Shown one piece after another: positions 32,943-33,284 of a stretch of 33,284 nt of DNA (position 1 is the first letter of the stretch; each line of letters begins with the position of its first letter). The DNA lies in the NCBI RefSeq assembly GCF_001194135.2, contig NC_068988.1, forward strand, positions 78,088,906 through 78,122,189. Reading direction: 5' to 3'. The position numbers and the translations under genes are program-made. Origin of the DNA: Octopus bimaculoides (Eukaryota). The notes beneath the pieces are model-generated. The model searched no databases and was not told the DNA's origin. It saw only the letters and a program-made list of their open reading frames with translations.

Positions 32943-33056
32943 GATCTGACGAGTAGCTATATTTTTGAATAGAATTTATTTTCGATAATTTCAATGGATT
33001 TTAAGCGATTTAAATTTTTTTTCTATTTGAAAATTAGTTATGAAACACGTGTAATC
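32943..33056 (+). ncRNA. Candidate type I hammerhead ribozyme with long stem II
   Basis: gat-CTGACGA(32946-52)-stem II 32953-33041 (~21 bp of pairing including G-U)-GAAA(33042-45)-palindrome acacgtgt(33045-52)-A(33053, GUA site)-atc. Confidence 0.65.
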
Positions 33057-33284
33057 TTTTTATTATATTTATCTTATGATATTTACTTTACTTTATATTA
33101 TACTCACTTATTGTGCTTTTAAATATTAATTTTTCTATATGTGATAGTGGATTTTCATCGATGAGTTCTTGAAACTTGGTTATTTTCCCTAAAACTATAT
33201 ATTTTATATATATTTTATCTATAAAGCTCAATTTAATTTTAATTTTTTATAAATTGATTTTAATTGAGTTTTTACCTGTAATTT

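Noticed and set aside
33158-33190. tcgatgagttcttgaaacttggtt minimal hammerhead-like motif
   Set aside because: The core has mismatches and there is no stem I pairing.

Overview
AT-rich, repeat-saturated eukaryotic genomic DNA with three N gaps. The SINE, LINE and microsatellite content most resembles an octopus (cephalopod) scaffold; that assignment is my inference from recognised repeat types, not a database result. I could not identify any intact host protein-coding gene, and nearly all listed ORFs are transposon debris, microsatellite read-through or gap artefacts. The window holds decayed Tc1/mariner elements (DD34D mariners, a long-TIR Tc1, a DD37D maT split by two younger insertions), a 3.4-kb Buster/Charlie hAT with an 8-bp TSD and a nested MITE, a non-autonomous hAT, RTE-like, R4/Dong-like and CR1/Jockey-like LINE fragments, and several tRNA-derived SINEs. 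The most interesting signal is non-coding. There are four candidate type I hammerhead ribozymes (5375-5450 +, 6418-6480 -, 17440-17487 -, 32943-33056 +), each with a different short palindromic stem III. One lies in a 657-bp non-coding insertion built of inverted plus tandem copies of a ~300-350-bp unit. That insertion is flanked by a 9-bp TSD whose removal restores the host RT frame, an architecture expected of a Penelope pseudo-LTR or retrozyme-like element. Several locally templated inversions and duplications and a perfect 27-bp inverted repeat in unique sequence are also visible.
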